This document shows positions 50,573 to 59,914 of a stretch of DNA of 64,000 nt, one piece after another. The DNA comes from an uncultured Thermomonas sp. GTDB taxonomy: Bacteria; Pseudomonadota; Gammaproteobacteria; Xanthomonadales; Xanthomonadaceae. The stretch spans positions 705-64,704 of the forward strand of contig CBIHKW010000004.1 of assembly GCA_966203835.1 (NCBI GenBank), read 5' to 3'. Position 1 is the first letter of the stretch. Each line of letters opens with the position of its first letter. Below the pieces are notes generated by a model. The model ran no database searches. It had not been told where the DNA came from and worked only from the letters and a program-made list of their open reading frames with translations. A program made the position numbers and the translations under genes.

Positions 50573-51378
50573 TGACGACCACTGCATCGACTACCACATC
50601 GACCACCGCGCTCATCGCGCATATCGAAAGCATCGGCTTCTGGACCAACGGTCTGCCGTCTTGGCAGGCCGCCCGCGATTTCGTCGCCACCGGCGCGCTG
50701 CCCGAGGGCGCGCCCGCCAAACCGTCGCCGCAGCTGCTGGCGCCGAACGAACGACGCCGCTCGCCGGAATCGGTCGCGGTGGCGCTGGACGTCGCGCTGG
50801 CTGCGTGCGCGGACGCCGGACGCGCGCCCGCGGACCTGCCGTCGGTATTCACCTCGACCCACGGCGATCTGTCGATCACCGACTACATGTGCGCGACGCT
50901 GGCCACCGCGCCGCGCGACATCTCGCCGACCAAATTCCACAACTCGGTCCACAACGCCGCCGCCGGCTACTGGACCATCGGCGCCACCTGCATGCGCGAG
51001 GCGACCGCGATCAGCGCCTACGACGCCAGCTTCGCCCAGGGCCTGATCGAGGCCATGGCCCAGCTCGCCGAAGGCAGCGAAGCGGTGCTGCTGGTCGGCT
51101 ACGACACCGGTTCGGTCGGCCCGCTGCTGTCGGTACACGACTGCGCCGGCTTGCTCGGCGGCGCGCTGGTGCTGTCGCGCCACGGCCAAGGTCCGCGCCT
51201 CGTCGCGACGCTGGCCGATGGCGAAGCGTCGGCGCCGGGCGCGCTGGGCCGCCACGCCGGTGCCAACCCGATGGCGCCGATGCTGCCGCTGTTCGATGCC
51301 TTGGCGACGGGCGCATCGAGCACCGCGCTGAAGGCAGGGCCAAACCGCGTGCTGAGGCTGGAGATCGCGTATGACTGA
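50569..51378 (+). CDS. KS-like chain-length-factor protein (no active-site Cys)
   Basis: 269 aa with an ATGA overlap with the KS gene. This is the typical partner gene in aryl-polyene clusters. Confidence 0.8.
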   Translation: MMTTTASTTTSTTALIAHIESIGFWTNGLPSWQAARDFVATGALPEGAPAKPSPQLLAPNERRRSPESVAVALDVALAACADAGRAPADLPSVFTSTHGDLSITDYMCATLATAPRDISPTKFHNSVHNAAAGYWTIGATCMREATAISAYDASFAQGLIEAMAQLAEGSEAVLLVGYDTGSVGPLLSVHDCAGLLGGALVLSRHGQGPRLVATLADGEASAPGALGRHAGANPMAPMLPLFDALATGASSTALKAGPNRVLRLEIAYD

Positions 51379-52207
51379 TGTCGTCGCCACGCCTGCCCCG
51401 ACGACAGCCGCCGTCGTGCTCGACCGCCGCAACGTCGCCGTGGTCATCCCCGCGCTCAACGAAGCCCTGCGCATCCGCGAAGTGGTGGAAGGCGCGCTGA
51501 GCGCATGCGACCACGTGATCGTGATCGACGACGGCTCCGACGACGACACCGCCGCGAAGATCGCCGACCTGCCGGTCACCCTGCTGCGCCACCCGCAGCG
51601 CATGGGCAAGGGCGCGAGCCTGCGCGACGGCTTCCGCGAAGCCGAGCGTCTGGGCATGGCCGCGGTCACCACCATGGACGGCGACGGCCAGCATTCGGCC
51701 GGCGACATCCCGCGACTGATCGCCGCCGCCAATCGTCATCCCGGCTGCGTCGTGATCGGCGCGCGCCTGCGCAAGCGCGCCTCGCAGCCGATCTATCGCC
51801 GCATCGGCAACGATTTCGGCGACTGGGGCATCGCCTGGGGCTGCGGCTTCCGGGTGCGCGACACCCAGAGCGGCCAACGCCTGTATCCGGCATCGGTGTT
51901 CACCCTGCGCGACGTCCGCGGCGAAGGTTTCGTGTTCGAGGCGCAGCTGCTGATCTCCGCCGCACGCCGCGCCGGCGCACGCGTGGTCGGCGTGCCGATC
52001 GAAACCCGCTACCAGTGCGCGGACGCGCCGCAGACCTTCCGCAAAAGCCATTTCCGCCTGTTCCGCGACCTGTACGCCATCACTTCGCATGTGGTGGTAC
52101 AAGTCCTGGGCTATGGCCACGTGTTCCGCGAATACCGCCGCGCGCGCGCCAACCCGCCTGTGATCGAAGATCCCAGCGGCGAATTCTCTTCGAGGACGCA
52201 ACGATGA
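51371..52207 (+). CDS. family 2 glycosyltransferase
   Basis: VVIPALNE ... VIVIDDGSDDDT ... TTMDGDGQH. Confidence 0.85.
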   Translation: MTDVVATPAPTTAAVVLDRRNVAVVIPALNEALRIREVVEGALSACDHVIVIDDGSDDDTAAKIADLPVTLLRHPQRMGKGASLRDGFREAERLGMAAVTTMDGDGQHSAGDIPRLIAAANRHPGCVVIGARLRKRASQPIYRRIGNDFGDWGIAWGCGFRVRDTQSGQRLYPASVFTLRDVRGEGFVFEAQLLISAARRAGARVVGVPIETRYQCADAPQTFRKSHFRLFRDLYAITSHVVVQVLGYGHVFREYRRARANPPVIEDPSGEFSSRTQR

Positions 52208-53865
52208 CCGAGACAGCGGCGACAGACGCGACGACAACGCCCAGCCGGCAGCACGATGTGGTGGTGCTCGGCGGCGGCCTCGCCGGCCTCACGCTCGCGA
52301 TGCAGCTCAAGCAGCGCGATCCCGGCATCGACGTGGCGGTGCTGGAACGCCGCGCGCACCCGGTCCGCGAAGCCGCGTTCAAGGTCGGCGAATCCACGGT
52401 CGAGATCGGCGCGAGCTATTTCGCCAACGTGCTCGGCCTGCGCGAACACCTGGAAACCGAACAGATCCGCAAATTCGGCTTCCGCTTCTTCTTCAGCGAA
52501 GGCCGCACCGAGATCGACCGCTGCACCGAACTGGGCGTCAGCGAGCTGCTGCCGGCGCCGTCGTGGCAGCTGGACCGCGGCCGTTTCGAGAATTTCCTCG
52601 GCGAAGAAGCGCGCAAGCTCGGCGTGCATTTCCACGATGCGGCGACCGTGCGCGGCGTGGACTTCGGCGCCGGCGAGGACGCGCATACGGTGACCTTCGA
52701 ATCCGCCGGCGACAGCCATACGCTGTCCTCGCGCTGGGTGGTCGACGCCAGCGGCCGCGCCGGGCTGCTCAAGCGCAAGCTCGACCTGGCGCAGAGCAAC
52801 GATCACGACGTCAACGCGGTGTGGTGGCGGGTGGACGGCTTCGTCGATCCGCGGCTGTGGTCGGACGATGCCGAGTGGCAGGCGCGCTGCACGCCGCCGG
52901 ACCGCTGGCGCTCCACCAACCACATGTGCGGGCCGGGCTACTGGTTCTGGCTGATCCCGCTGTCGTCGGGCGCGCATTCGCTGGGCATCGTCTGCGACGC
53001 GAAAATGCATCCGCTGGACACCATGAACACCCACGAAAAAGCCACCGCCTGGCTGCGCGAACACCAGCCGCGCATGGCCGAAGCGCTGGACAAGCCCGAA
53101 CACGGGCTGCAGGACTTCCTGTTCCTGCGCCATTTCTCCTACGGCTGCAAACAGGTGTTCAGCGGCGACCGCTGGGCATTGACCGGCGAGGCCGGCCTGT
53201 TCCTCGATCCGTTCTATTCGCCGGGCAGCGATTTCATCGCGATGTCGAACACGCTGATCTGCGACCTCATCGACAAGGACCGCGCCGGCCAGTCGTTCGC
53301 GCCCTATGCCGACATCTACCAGCAGCTGTATTTCTCGTTCTACGAAAACACGCTGACGATCTATCAGGACCAGTACCCGCTGTTCGGCGACGCGCAGGTG
53401 ATGCCGGTCAAGGTGATCTGGGACTACACCTACTACTGGGCGCTGCTGGCGCCGCTGTTCTGCGGCGGCAAACTCACCGACATCCAATTGCTGGGCAAGC
53501 TGCGCCCGCAGTTCGAACGCGGTCGCGACCTCAATCTGGCGATGCAGAAATTCCTGCGCGGCTGGGGCGAGCGCAACATCGCGGCGGGCGTGGACGGCTC
53601 TCCGCTGGACGGCCGCTTCCTCAACCAGCACGGCATCGACTGGTTCCACGAAATGAACCGCGCGCTGCACGACATGCTGGACAACCCGGCGTTCCAGCAG
53701 CGCATCCACGACAACGTCGCGCGGATGGATTGGCTGGCGGCGGAAAGCCTGCAGCGCGCGCGCCAGACGTATGCGGACATCGACGACTGCGGCCTGGATG
53801 CGCTGCTGCAGGGGTCGACGGCGAAGACCTCGCTCGCCCCGATCTGGTACGCCGCCGCGGCCTGA
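52204..53865 (+). CDS. FAD-dependent halogenase-like oxidoreductase
   Basis: Start MTETAATD (ATGA overlap). It has the motifs VVVLGGGLAGL and the flavin-halogenase-type GYWFWLIPL (WxWxIP). Confidence 0.8.
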   Translation: MTETAATDATTTPSRQHDVVVLGGGLAGLTLAMQLKQRDPGIDVAVLERRAHPVREAAFKVGESTVEIGASYFANVLGLREHLETEQIRKFGFRFFFSEGRTEIDRCTELGVSELLPAPSWQLDRGRFENFLGEEARKLGVHFHDAATVRGVDFGAGEDAHTVTFESAGDSHTLSSRWVVDASGRAGLLKRKLDLAQSNDHDVNAVWWRVDGFVDPRLWSDDAEWQARCTPPDRWRSTNHMCGPGYWFWLIPLSSGAHSLGIVCDAKMHPLDTMNTHEKATAWLREHQPRMAEALDKPEHGLQDFLFLRHFSYGCKQVFSGDRWALTGEAGLFLDPFYSPGSDFIAMSNTLICDLIDKDRAGQSFAPYADIYQQLYFSFYENTLTIYQDQYPLFGDAQVMPVKVIWDYTYYWALLAPLFCGGKLTDIQLLGKLRPQFERGRDLNLAMQKFLRGWGERNIAAGVDGSPLDGRFLNQHGIDWFHEMNRALHDMLDNPAFQQRIHDNVARMDWLAAESLQRARQTYADIDDCGLDALLQGSTAKTSLAPIWYAAAA

Positions 53866-53882
53866 GCGCAGCGATTCACGTA

Positions 53883-53938
53883 GAGCGGCCTTCAGGCCGC
53901 TGCTTCGTTCCGGGAAAAGCAGCGGCCTGAAGGCCGCT
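53883..53938. repeat. REP inverted pair (AGCGGCCTTCAGGCCGCTGCTT)
   Basis: 22-nt arms at 53883-53904 and 53917-53938. Confidence 0.8.
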
Positions 53939-53960
53939 GTCCGGCATCTCGACGCAGAGC

Positions 53961-54038
53961 CTGTGGGAGCGACGCAAGTCGCGACGAACTACGCGGATAT
54001 GTCTCCGGAAAGCGTCGCGACTTGCGTCGCTCCCACAG
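53961..54038. repeat. REP inverted pair (CTGTGGGAGCGACGCAAGTCGCGACG)
   Basis: Perfect 26-nt arms at 53961-53986 and 54013-54038. Confidence 0.85.
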
Positions 54039-54056
54039 ATCTTCGCGCCGATCGTT

Positions 54057-54794
54057 TCAACTCATCCCGCCATCGACGCCGATCACCTGGCCGTTGATGT
54101 AAGCCGCGCCATCGCTGCACAGAAAACCGACCAGCGCGGCGACTTCTTCCGGCGTGCCGGCGCGGCCGGCGGGCACGATCTGCTTGATGTGTTCGGGCGG
54201 GAACACGTCCTTGGTCATGCTGCCGGCGATCATGCCCGGCGCAACGACATTCACCGCGATGCCGCGGCTGGCCATTTCCCGCGCCAGCGATTTCGACGCG
54301 CCATGCAGCGCGGCCTTCGCCGCGGCGTAGTTGGTCTGGCCGCGATTGCCGAGCACGCCGGACACCGACGAAATGCTGACTACGCGCCCCCAGCGCGTGC
54401 GCGCCATCGGCAGCAGCAGCGGCTGGGTGACGTGGAAGAAGCCGTGCAGCGAGACGTCGATCACCCGCTTCCACTGCTCTTCGCGCATGCCGGCCATCGG
54501 CGCATCGTCGTGGATACCGGCGTTGTTGACCACGATCTGGATGGTGCCGGCTTCGAGCAGCGCGGTCAGCGCCGCGCGCGTGGCGTCGCCGTCGGCGACA
54601 TCGAAGGCCACCGCTTCGGCCGAACCGCCCGCAGCCACGATCTCATCGCGCACCTGTTCCGCACGCGCGAGATTGCCGTTGGCGTGGACGATCACATGCG
54701 CGCCGTCGGCCGCGAGTTTCCGGCAGATCGCGCCGCCGAGATCGCCGCTGCCGCCGGTGACGAGGGCGCGGCGTTGTTGGTGGTTCGACATCAA
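54057..54794 (-). CDS. 3-oxoacyl-ACP reductase (SDR, FabG-like)
   Basis: 245 aa with TGGSGDLGGAI and the catalytic YAAAKAAL (YxxxK). Confidence 0.9.
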   Translation of the reverse strand: MMSNHQQRRALVTGGSGDLGGAICRKLAADGAHVIVHANGNLARAEQVRDEIVAAGGSAEAVAFDVADGDATRAALTALLEAGTIQIVVNNAGIHDDAPMAGMREEQWKRVIDVSLHGFFHVTQPLLLPMARTRWGRVVSISSVSGVLGNRGQTNYAAAKAALHGASKSLAREMASRGIAVNVVAPGMIAGSMTKDVFPPEHIKQIVPAGRAGTPEEVAALVGFLCSDGAAYINGQVIGVDGGMS

Positions 54795-54840
54795 TATTCT
54801 CCCGGTGAAACGTTGCGGCGGCCTGCATCAGGAAACACTA

Positions 54841-54950
54841 CTCCCTCCCTTTCGCGCAGCGAAGGGGAGGGCTGGGGAGGGGTTTGCTGTCGGCCCCGTC
54901 AAAGCACCCCCTCCCAGCCTCCCCCTGCGCTGTGCGCAAGGGGAGGAGAA
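54841..54950. repeat. G/C-run palindromic repeat (GGGGAGGGCTGGGGAGGGG / CCCCTCCCAGCCTCCCC)
   Basis: Inverted arms at 54864-54882 and 54907-54924 with flanking small hairpins. A related element is at 57925-57948. Confidence 0.7.
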
Positions 54951-55030
54951 AAGCGGACCGCAGCTTGCTTGTAGAAGCATTCATCGACTGGGATATCACG
55001 GTCGAGGTGCTTTTGCTTTTACGAGCGCGA

Positions 55031-55459
55031 TCAGCCCTGCAACATCACCGCCGCGCGCCCTTCGGCGACGACATCGCCCGCGTGCATGATGCGAAACCCG
55101 TACTGCTGACTGGTCGCACTTTCGGCCAGCAACTCCGCCTCACACTCCAGCGAATCCGAAAGGTCGTCGATGCGGGCGACGTGCAGTTGCACATCGCGCA
55201 GCGCAACCAGGAAGCCGACCTTCGGCTCGCCGCCGGCCGCAGCGCCGCGCAGCCCGCCGTGGACCGCCATCGCCTGCGCGCCGTACTCGCACAGATGCAC
55301 CGCGCGCAGGCGGCCGTCGCTGCGCAGCGGATGCGCGGCGGCGCGATGCCCGTCGCTGCGCAGGCGGATGCGCTGCGCGTCCCAGTCGACGACTTCATTC
55401 CACAGGCACATCGCACCTTTGTGCGGAATCATCGTTTCGATATCGTGGCGCGAGATCAT
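55031..55459 (-). CDS. hotdog-fold dehydratase (aryl-polyene cluster)
   Basis: 142 aa beginning MISRHDIETMIPHKGAMCLW. This is the typical position between the MMPL and FabG genes. Confidence 0.75.
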   Translation of the reverse strand: MISRHDIETMIPHKGAMCLWNEVVDWDAQRIRLRSDGHRAAAHPLRSDGRLRAVHLCEYGAQAMAVHGGLRGAAAGGEPKVGFLVALRDVQLHVARIDDLSDSLECEAELLAESATSQQYGFRIMHAGDVVAEGRAAVMLQG

Positions 55460-57885
55460 GCCGCCGCTCCTGTAGGAGGGCCTTCAGGCCCGAGCTCTGC
55501 CATAGGAGGCCATTCAGGGGCAGTGCTCGGGCCTGATGGCCCTCCTACAGAAGGATCCACCGAATGCCTGGCGATCAACAACGCCAGCACGAAATTGCCG
55601 ACGACGCCCAGGGTCACCGTCACGCCGATCGCGCGCAGCACCGGAATGCTGGACAACGCCAGCAGGAAGAACACCAGCAGCGTCATCAGGCTGCAGACGA
55701 TCAGCGCGTGCAGCGTGCGCAACTGATCTTCGTAATCGTCGCCGGCATGTTCGAAGAACAGCGCGTAATCGAGGCCAAGACCCGCGGCGAGGATCAGCGC
55801 GACCAGATGGAACAGCGTCAGCTCGACGCCGCAGCCGCGCAGCACCGCGAGGATCAGCAGGGTGGTCAGCGCCATCGGCAACAGCACGCGCAGTGCGCGG
55901 CGCGGCGCACGCAGCGCCAGCCACACGGTGACGGCGAGCAGCAGCGCGGCGGCGGCGAGCGCCATCAGCACGCGCTCGCGGTAGGCTTCCACCAGCGATT
56001 CCGAGGCGGTCTTCAGGTCGAGCAATTCGACGCCGGGCGCGTTCACGGCGCGCGCGACCGCATCCGGATCGATCAAACCGGTCATCGACACCAGCGCGGT
56101 GGCATGGTCTTTATTTTCGAGCAACAGCCCGCCGACGCGCGTCGCCAGCGGCGTGCCGGCGAGATCGCGCACGTCCAGCGGCGCAGCGACGCGCGCGCGT
56201 TCGACATCGGCGACGAAATCCTCGAAGGCATCGCTGCGGAACGGCGTGGCCGCGACCGCGGCGTCCAGCGATGCGTGCAGCGCGTCAGGCGTCGGCAGCT
56301 TCGCTTGGCGCGCGCGCTGGGTCGCGGCGCTGGGCAAGGTCCGCGCCACGCTGTCGTAGCCGGCGATGGCCTTGCGTTCGATCAGTGCATCGAGTTTCGG
56401 ATGCAGGGTTTCGACGCGCTGCAGCGCTTCCTCGGCATTCGCGCCGCGCACCGCGAGCAGGTATCGCACGTCGGGCGCGCCGAGTTCTTCGCGCAGATGC
56501 GCATCGCGCGCGAGCGCGTCCGCCGGCACCGGCGTGAGCTTGGACAGATCGTTCTGCCAGAAAGCGCCGGGCGCGAACGCGACGATGGCGATACAGACGG
56601 CGGCCAGCGATGCGAGCTGCCATGCGCGCGGACGCGGAATGCGCGCGACCGTTTTCCACAATGCAGCGAGACGCGGCGATGTCGCGATATCGCCATTATC
56701 GAAACCGCGCGGCGCCGGATCGATCAGCGCCGGCAGCAGGAAGCGCGTGGTCAGGGCCGCGACGCCGAATCCGGCGATGGTGAACACCGCAAGCTGCTGC
56801 AGACCATCGACGCCGGAGAACAAAAAGGTCACGTACGCGATGCACGTCGACGCCACGCCGGTGGCGAGCGTCGGCCAGATCGCGCGCGCGTTCGCCCACG
56901 GCGAAATGCCGGCGCGCTGATGGCTGAAGAGATGGATCGGATAATCCTGGACCACGCCGATCAAGGTGAAACCGAAGGCGACGGTGATGCCGTGTACGCC
57001 CTCGAACAGCAGCGCGACCGCGCCCAAGCCGGCGAGGCCCGCACTCGCGAGCGGCAGCACGCCGAACAGCGGCGTGCGCCAACTGCGATAGGCGATGAGC
57101 AACAGCAGGATCAGGCCGATGGTATCGACCATGCCGATCAGACTCGCTTCGCGCTGGGTGCGGCCGCCGATCTCGACCGAGAACGCACCGGGGCCGGTCA
57201 GCGTCATCGTCGTTTTGCTGTCGCCACGCGCTTCGTTGAACGCGGCTTCGATCGCGCTCACCGCCAACTGTTGGCCGGTGGGATCGAAACCCGCGGCTTT
57301 GGTTTCGATCGCGAGCAAGATCTCGCGACCGGCCTTGTCGAACCACACGCCGTGCAGGCGCTGCGGCGCGTTCGCCGGCTGCATCGCTTCGGCGATGCGC
57401 AGGGTTTCGAGCGTGGGGTCGGAGGGCAGCAGCGGTTCGATCAGCGCCGCCGCGGGCGAGCCGAGATCCTGCACGCGCGCGTCGAGTTCATCGCGCAGAT
57501 AGGCTTCGTCGAGAGGGCGCGTATCGAGGGCCGGCGACAGCAGATAACGATACGGGCGCAGGCGTTCGGGGATCGCGTCGAGCCCATCCTCGCCGCCGTT
57601 GGCGACGAGGCTGAAGCGTTCGTCGGCGGCCAGGGTCTGGGCGATGCGCTGCGACTGCGCCGCGAGGGTTTCGGCATCGGCGCCGGCCAACGACATCAGC
57701 AGCAGCCGCGAGCCCGGGCCTTCGCCGAGTTCGTCCAGCAGCAGTTTCTGCGCCGGGGTTTCGGCGGAGGGCATGAATTTGCGGAGGTCGCCGCTGACCT
57801 GCAGGTGGCCGCTGATGAAGACGCCGGCGCCGATCAGCACGATCAGCCAGACGAGGGCGAGCGCGGTGCGGCGGGTGGCGGTCAT
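55456..57885 (-). CDS. MMPL/RND-superfamily exporter
   Basis: 809 aa with two 6-TM bundles. The last ~30 codons are read through a REP pair (see findings). Confidence 0.9.
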   Translation of the reverse strand: MTATRRTALALVWLIVLIGAGVFISGHLQVSGDLRKFMPSAETPAQKLLLDELGEGPGSRLLLMSLAGADAETLAAQSQRIAQTLAADERFSLVANGGEDGLDAIPERLRPYRYLLSPALDTRPLDEAYLRDELDARVQDLGSPAAALIEPLLPSDPTLETLRIAEAMQPANAPQRLHGVWFDKAGREILLAIETKAAGFDPTGQQLAVSAIEAAFNEARGDSKTTMTLTGPGAFSVEIGGRTQREASLIGMVDTIGLILLLLIAYRSWRTPLFGVLPLASAGLAGLGAVALLFEGVHGITVAFGFTLIGVVQDYPIHLFSHQRAGISPWANARAIWPTLATGVASTCIAYVTFLFSGVDGLQQLAVFTIAGFGVAALTTRFLLPALIDPAPRGFDNGDIATSPRLAALWKTVARIPRPRAWQLASLAAVCIAIVAFAPGAFWQNDLSKLTPVPADALARDAHLREELGAPDVRYLLAVRGANAEEALQRVETLHPKLDALIERKAIAGYDSVARTLPSAATQRARQAKLPTPDALHASLDAAVAATPFRSDAFEDFVADVERARVAAPLDVRDLAGTPLATRVGGLLLENKDHATALVSMTGLIDPDAVARAVNAPGVELLDLKTASESLVEAYRERVLMALAAAALLLAVTVWLALRAPRRALRVLLPMALTTLLILAVLRGCGVELTLFHLVALILAAGLGLDYALFFEHAGDDYEDQLRTLHALIVCSLMTLLVFFLLALSSIPVLRAIGVTVTLGVVGNFVLALLIARHSVDPSVGGPSGPSTAPEWPPMAELGPEGPPTGAAA
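55472..55548. repeat. REP inverted pair (GTAGGAGGGCCTTCAGGCCCGAGC family) inside the MMPL 3' end
   Basis: Arms at 55472-55495 and 55525-55548. Same family as 26545-26642. Confidence 0.8.
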
Positions 57886-57924
57886 GCGCGCGTTCCCCCA
57901 CCCATTCGCGCTACGCGCGAATCT

Positions 57925-57948
57925 CCCTCCCCCGCATGCGGGGGAGGG
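57925..57948. repeat. G/C-run palindrome
   Basis: ccctcccccgc-at-gcgggggaggg followed by ttggggagggg. Confidence 0.65.
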
Positions 57949-57973
57949 TTGGGGAGGGGCCGCGTGAAGATGT

Positions 57974-58663
57974 TCACTTCACACCATTCCGACACAACAC
58001 CTGCATCGCTTTCGCATCGGTGCCGGCCTTCACCGCCAGCGCGGCGCTGGCGAGCAGCGTGCGCTGCAATTCGCCCTTCTCCGGCCGCGTTTCGATGCAG
58101 CGCAGTTCGGCGCCTTGGCCGTACAGCACGATGTCGCGAACGCGCGCGGCCAGCGCCTTGTCTTTCGGCGCGAGCGTCAGCGTCCAGCGCGCGCGGTCGC
58201 CCTGCGCCGTCACGCGGTAGACGCGCTCGATCTTTGCCCGGTCGCCTGCGAGCAGCGCACCGAAGCTGTTCTGCAGGCTGGCGAGTTCCGGCGCGCGCGA
58301 TAGCGAGAACGTGCGCGGCGCCTTGCCGTCGCGTGAGATGGTGGCTTCGCCCGCGCGCAGCGTCGTGGTTTCGCGATACGGCGCGCGCACTTCGCGCACC
58401 AGCGTGTCTTCGCGCGGGCGGCGGTATTCGCCGGACAGCTGCAGCGGATTCTTCAGCAGCGGCGAATCGCGCACTTCGACGAAATCGGTGCGCATCGGCG
58501 CCGGCCGCGCCAACGCGCGCAGGATCCAGTCGGCGTCGGCGCTCTGCGCCTGTGCGGTCGAAGCGGCCATGATCGAAGCGAACACGACCGCCACCAACGC
58601 GATCGCCGCGAAGCGCGATGTGCGACGTGGAAGTCCGGAGGCGCGGTCATGCATCATCGTCAT
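57974..58663 (-). CDS. LolA-like outer-membrane lipoprotein carrier family protein
   Basis: Signal peptide FAAIALVAVVFASIMAASTAQA. Size and position are typical of aryl-polyene clusters. The start is one of the ATGs at 58663, 58657 or 58654. Confidence 0.65.
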   Translation of the reverse strand: MTMMHDRASGLPRRTSRFAAIALVAVVFASIMAASTAQAQSADADWILRALARPAPMRTDFVEVRDSPLLKNPLQLSGEYRRPREDTLVREVRAPYRETTTLRAGEATISRDGKAPRTFSLSRAPELASLQNSFGALLAGDRAKIERVYRVTAQGDRARWTLTLAPKDKALAARVRDIVLYGQGAELRCIETRPEKGELQRTLLASAALAVKAGTDAKAMQVLCRNGVK

Positions 58664-59567
58664 GGTTCCAGAAATCGTAGAAGTTGAACCAGTTGTACGG
58701 GGCGGTACGCGCAACATCCTCCAGCCGCGCAGCGTAACGGCGGATCAACGCCTCGATCGCGGTCTTGCGCTCGGCGCGCGGGATGATGATGTCGTCGCTG
58801 AAATTCTCGAAGATCAGGTCGTAGCGGTTGCCGCCGCGATACAGCCCGAAACCCAGCGTCACCGGCGCCTTCAGCGCGGCGGCGATCAGCCAGGGCGCGG
58901 TGGGAAACGGCGCCTCGCGGCCGAAGAACGGCGCCATGATGGTCTGGCCGCCGGGATGCGCGCGGTCGATCAGCAGCGCGACCAGCGCGCCTTCCTGCAC
59001 CGCCTGCTGGATCGCCAGCATCAGCCCGGGGCCGTCCTGGCCGGCGTCGATCACGGTCGCGGCGATCTCCGGATTGAGCGCATCCAGCAGCTCGGTCACC
59101 GCCTTGTTGTGGGCTTTGTCCAGCACCACGCGGATGGTGTATTCCGGCCGCTGCCGCGCCAGCACGCGCAGCACTTCGAAGCTGCCGAGATGCGAGCCGA
59201 ACAGCAGCATGCCGCGCTTCTGGTCGAGATGCGCATGCAGTTCGTCGAGGCCGTGTACGACCACGTCGAAGCGGCGCGCCAACCGCTCGGGACTTTCGCC
59301 GAGCAGGAAAATGCGGTCGAGAATGGTCGCGGCGAAGGTGTGGATGTGTTTCGCGGCATCCCACAGCGTGGCCCGGCGGCCCAGCGCGCAGCCGAGCCAC
59401 CCGCATGAGGCCGCGCGTTCGGGGCCGCGGCGGATCAGGAAATACAGGGTGATCGGGTACAGCAGCAGCCGCGAGACGCCGCGCCCGCCGTAGCGGCCGA
59501 TGCTGCGGATCAGCCACAGCGCGAAACGGCCGCCGCCTTCAGGCCGCTGTTTCCATTCGGTGCTCAT
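58647..59567 (-). CDS. LpxL/HtrB-like lysophospholipid acyltransferase
   Basis: 306 aa with an N-terminal TM segment, in aryl-polyene cluster context. Confidence 0.75.
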   Translation of the reverse strand: MSTEWKQRPEGGGRFALWLIRSIGRYGGRGVSRLLLYPITLYFLIRRGPERAASCGWLGCALGRRATLWDAAKHIHTFAATILDRIFLLGESPERLARRFDVVVHGLDELHAHLDQKRGMLLFGSHLGSFEVLRVLARQRPEYTIRVVLDKAHNKAVTELLDALNPEIAATVIDAGQDGPGLMLAIQQAVQEGALVALLIDRAHPGGQTIMAPFFGREAPFPTAPWLIAAALKAPVTLGFGLYRGGNRYDLIFENFSDDIIIPRAERKTAIEALIRRYAARLEDVARTAPYNWFNFYDFWNHDDDA

Positions 59568-59914
59568 GCTGCTGTCTTCACGATGACATCTTCGCGACTG
59601 CTGTCGTCGGCCGCGCGCACTTCGCCGCTGGCCAGCAGCGCGTCGCCGCGCAGCACGCGGAACCGCCAGCGCGGCGGTGCGATGTCCAGCAGCGGCTCAA
59701 GTTCGATGCGCGCTTCCTCACCGGGCAGCAACGGCTGCGCGAATTTCACCTGCGGCATCCGCAGCGGACCCAGCGCACCGTGGCTGGCTTCGATCGCAGC
59801 CAGCACATGATCGAGTACGAGCACGCCGGGCACGATCGGCTGGCCCGGGAAGTGGCCGGGCAGGCACGGGTGATCGTGGGGGACCGTGAATATTGTCGTC
59901 GCCGGATGCGTCAT
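59564..59914 (-). CDS. hotdog-fold (FabZ-like) dehydratase
   Basis: 116 aa with HFPGQPIVPGVLVLD. Confidence 0.75.
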   Translation of the reverse strand: MTHPATTIFTVPHDHPCLPGHFPGQPIVPGVLVLDHVLAAIEASHGALGPLRMPQVKFAQPLLPGEEARIELEPLLDIAPPRWRFRVLRGDALLASGEVRAADDSSREDVIVKTAA

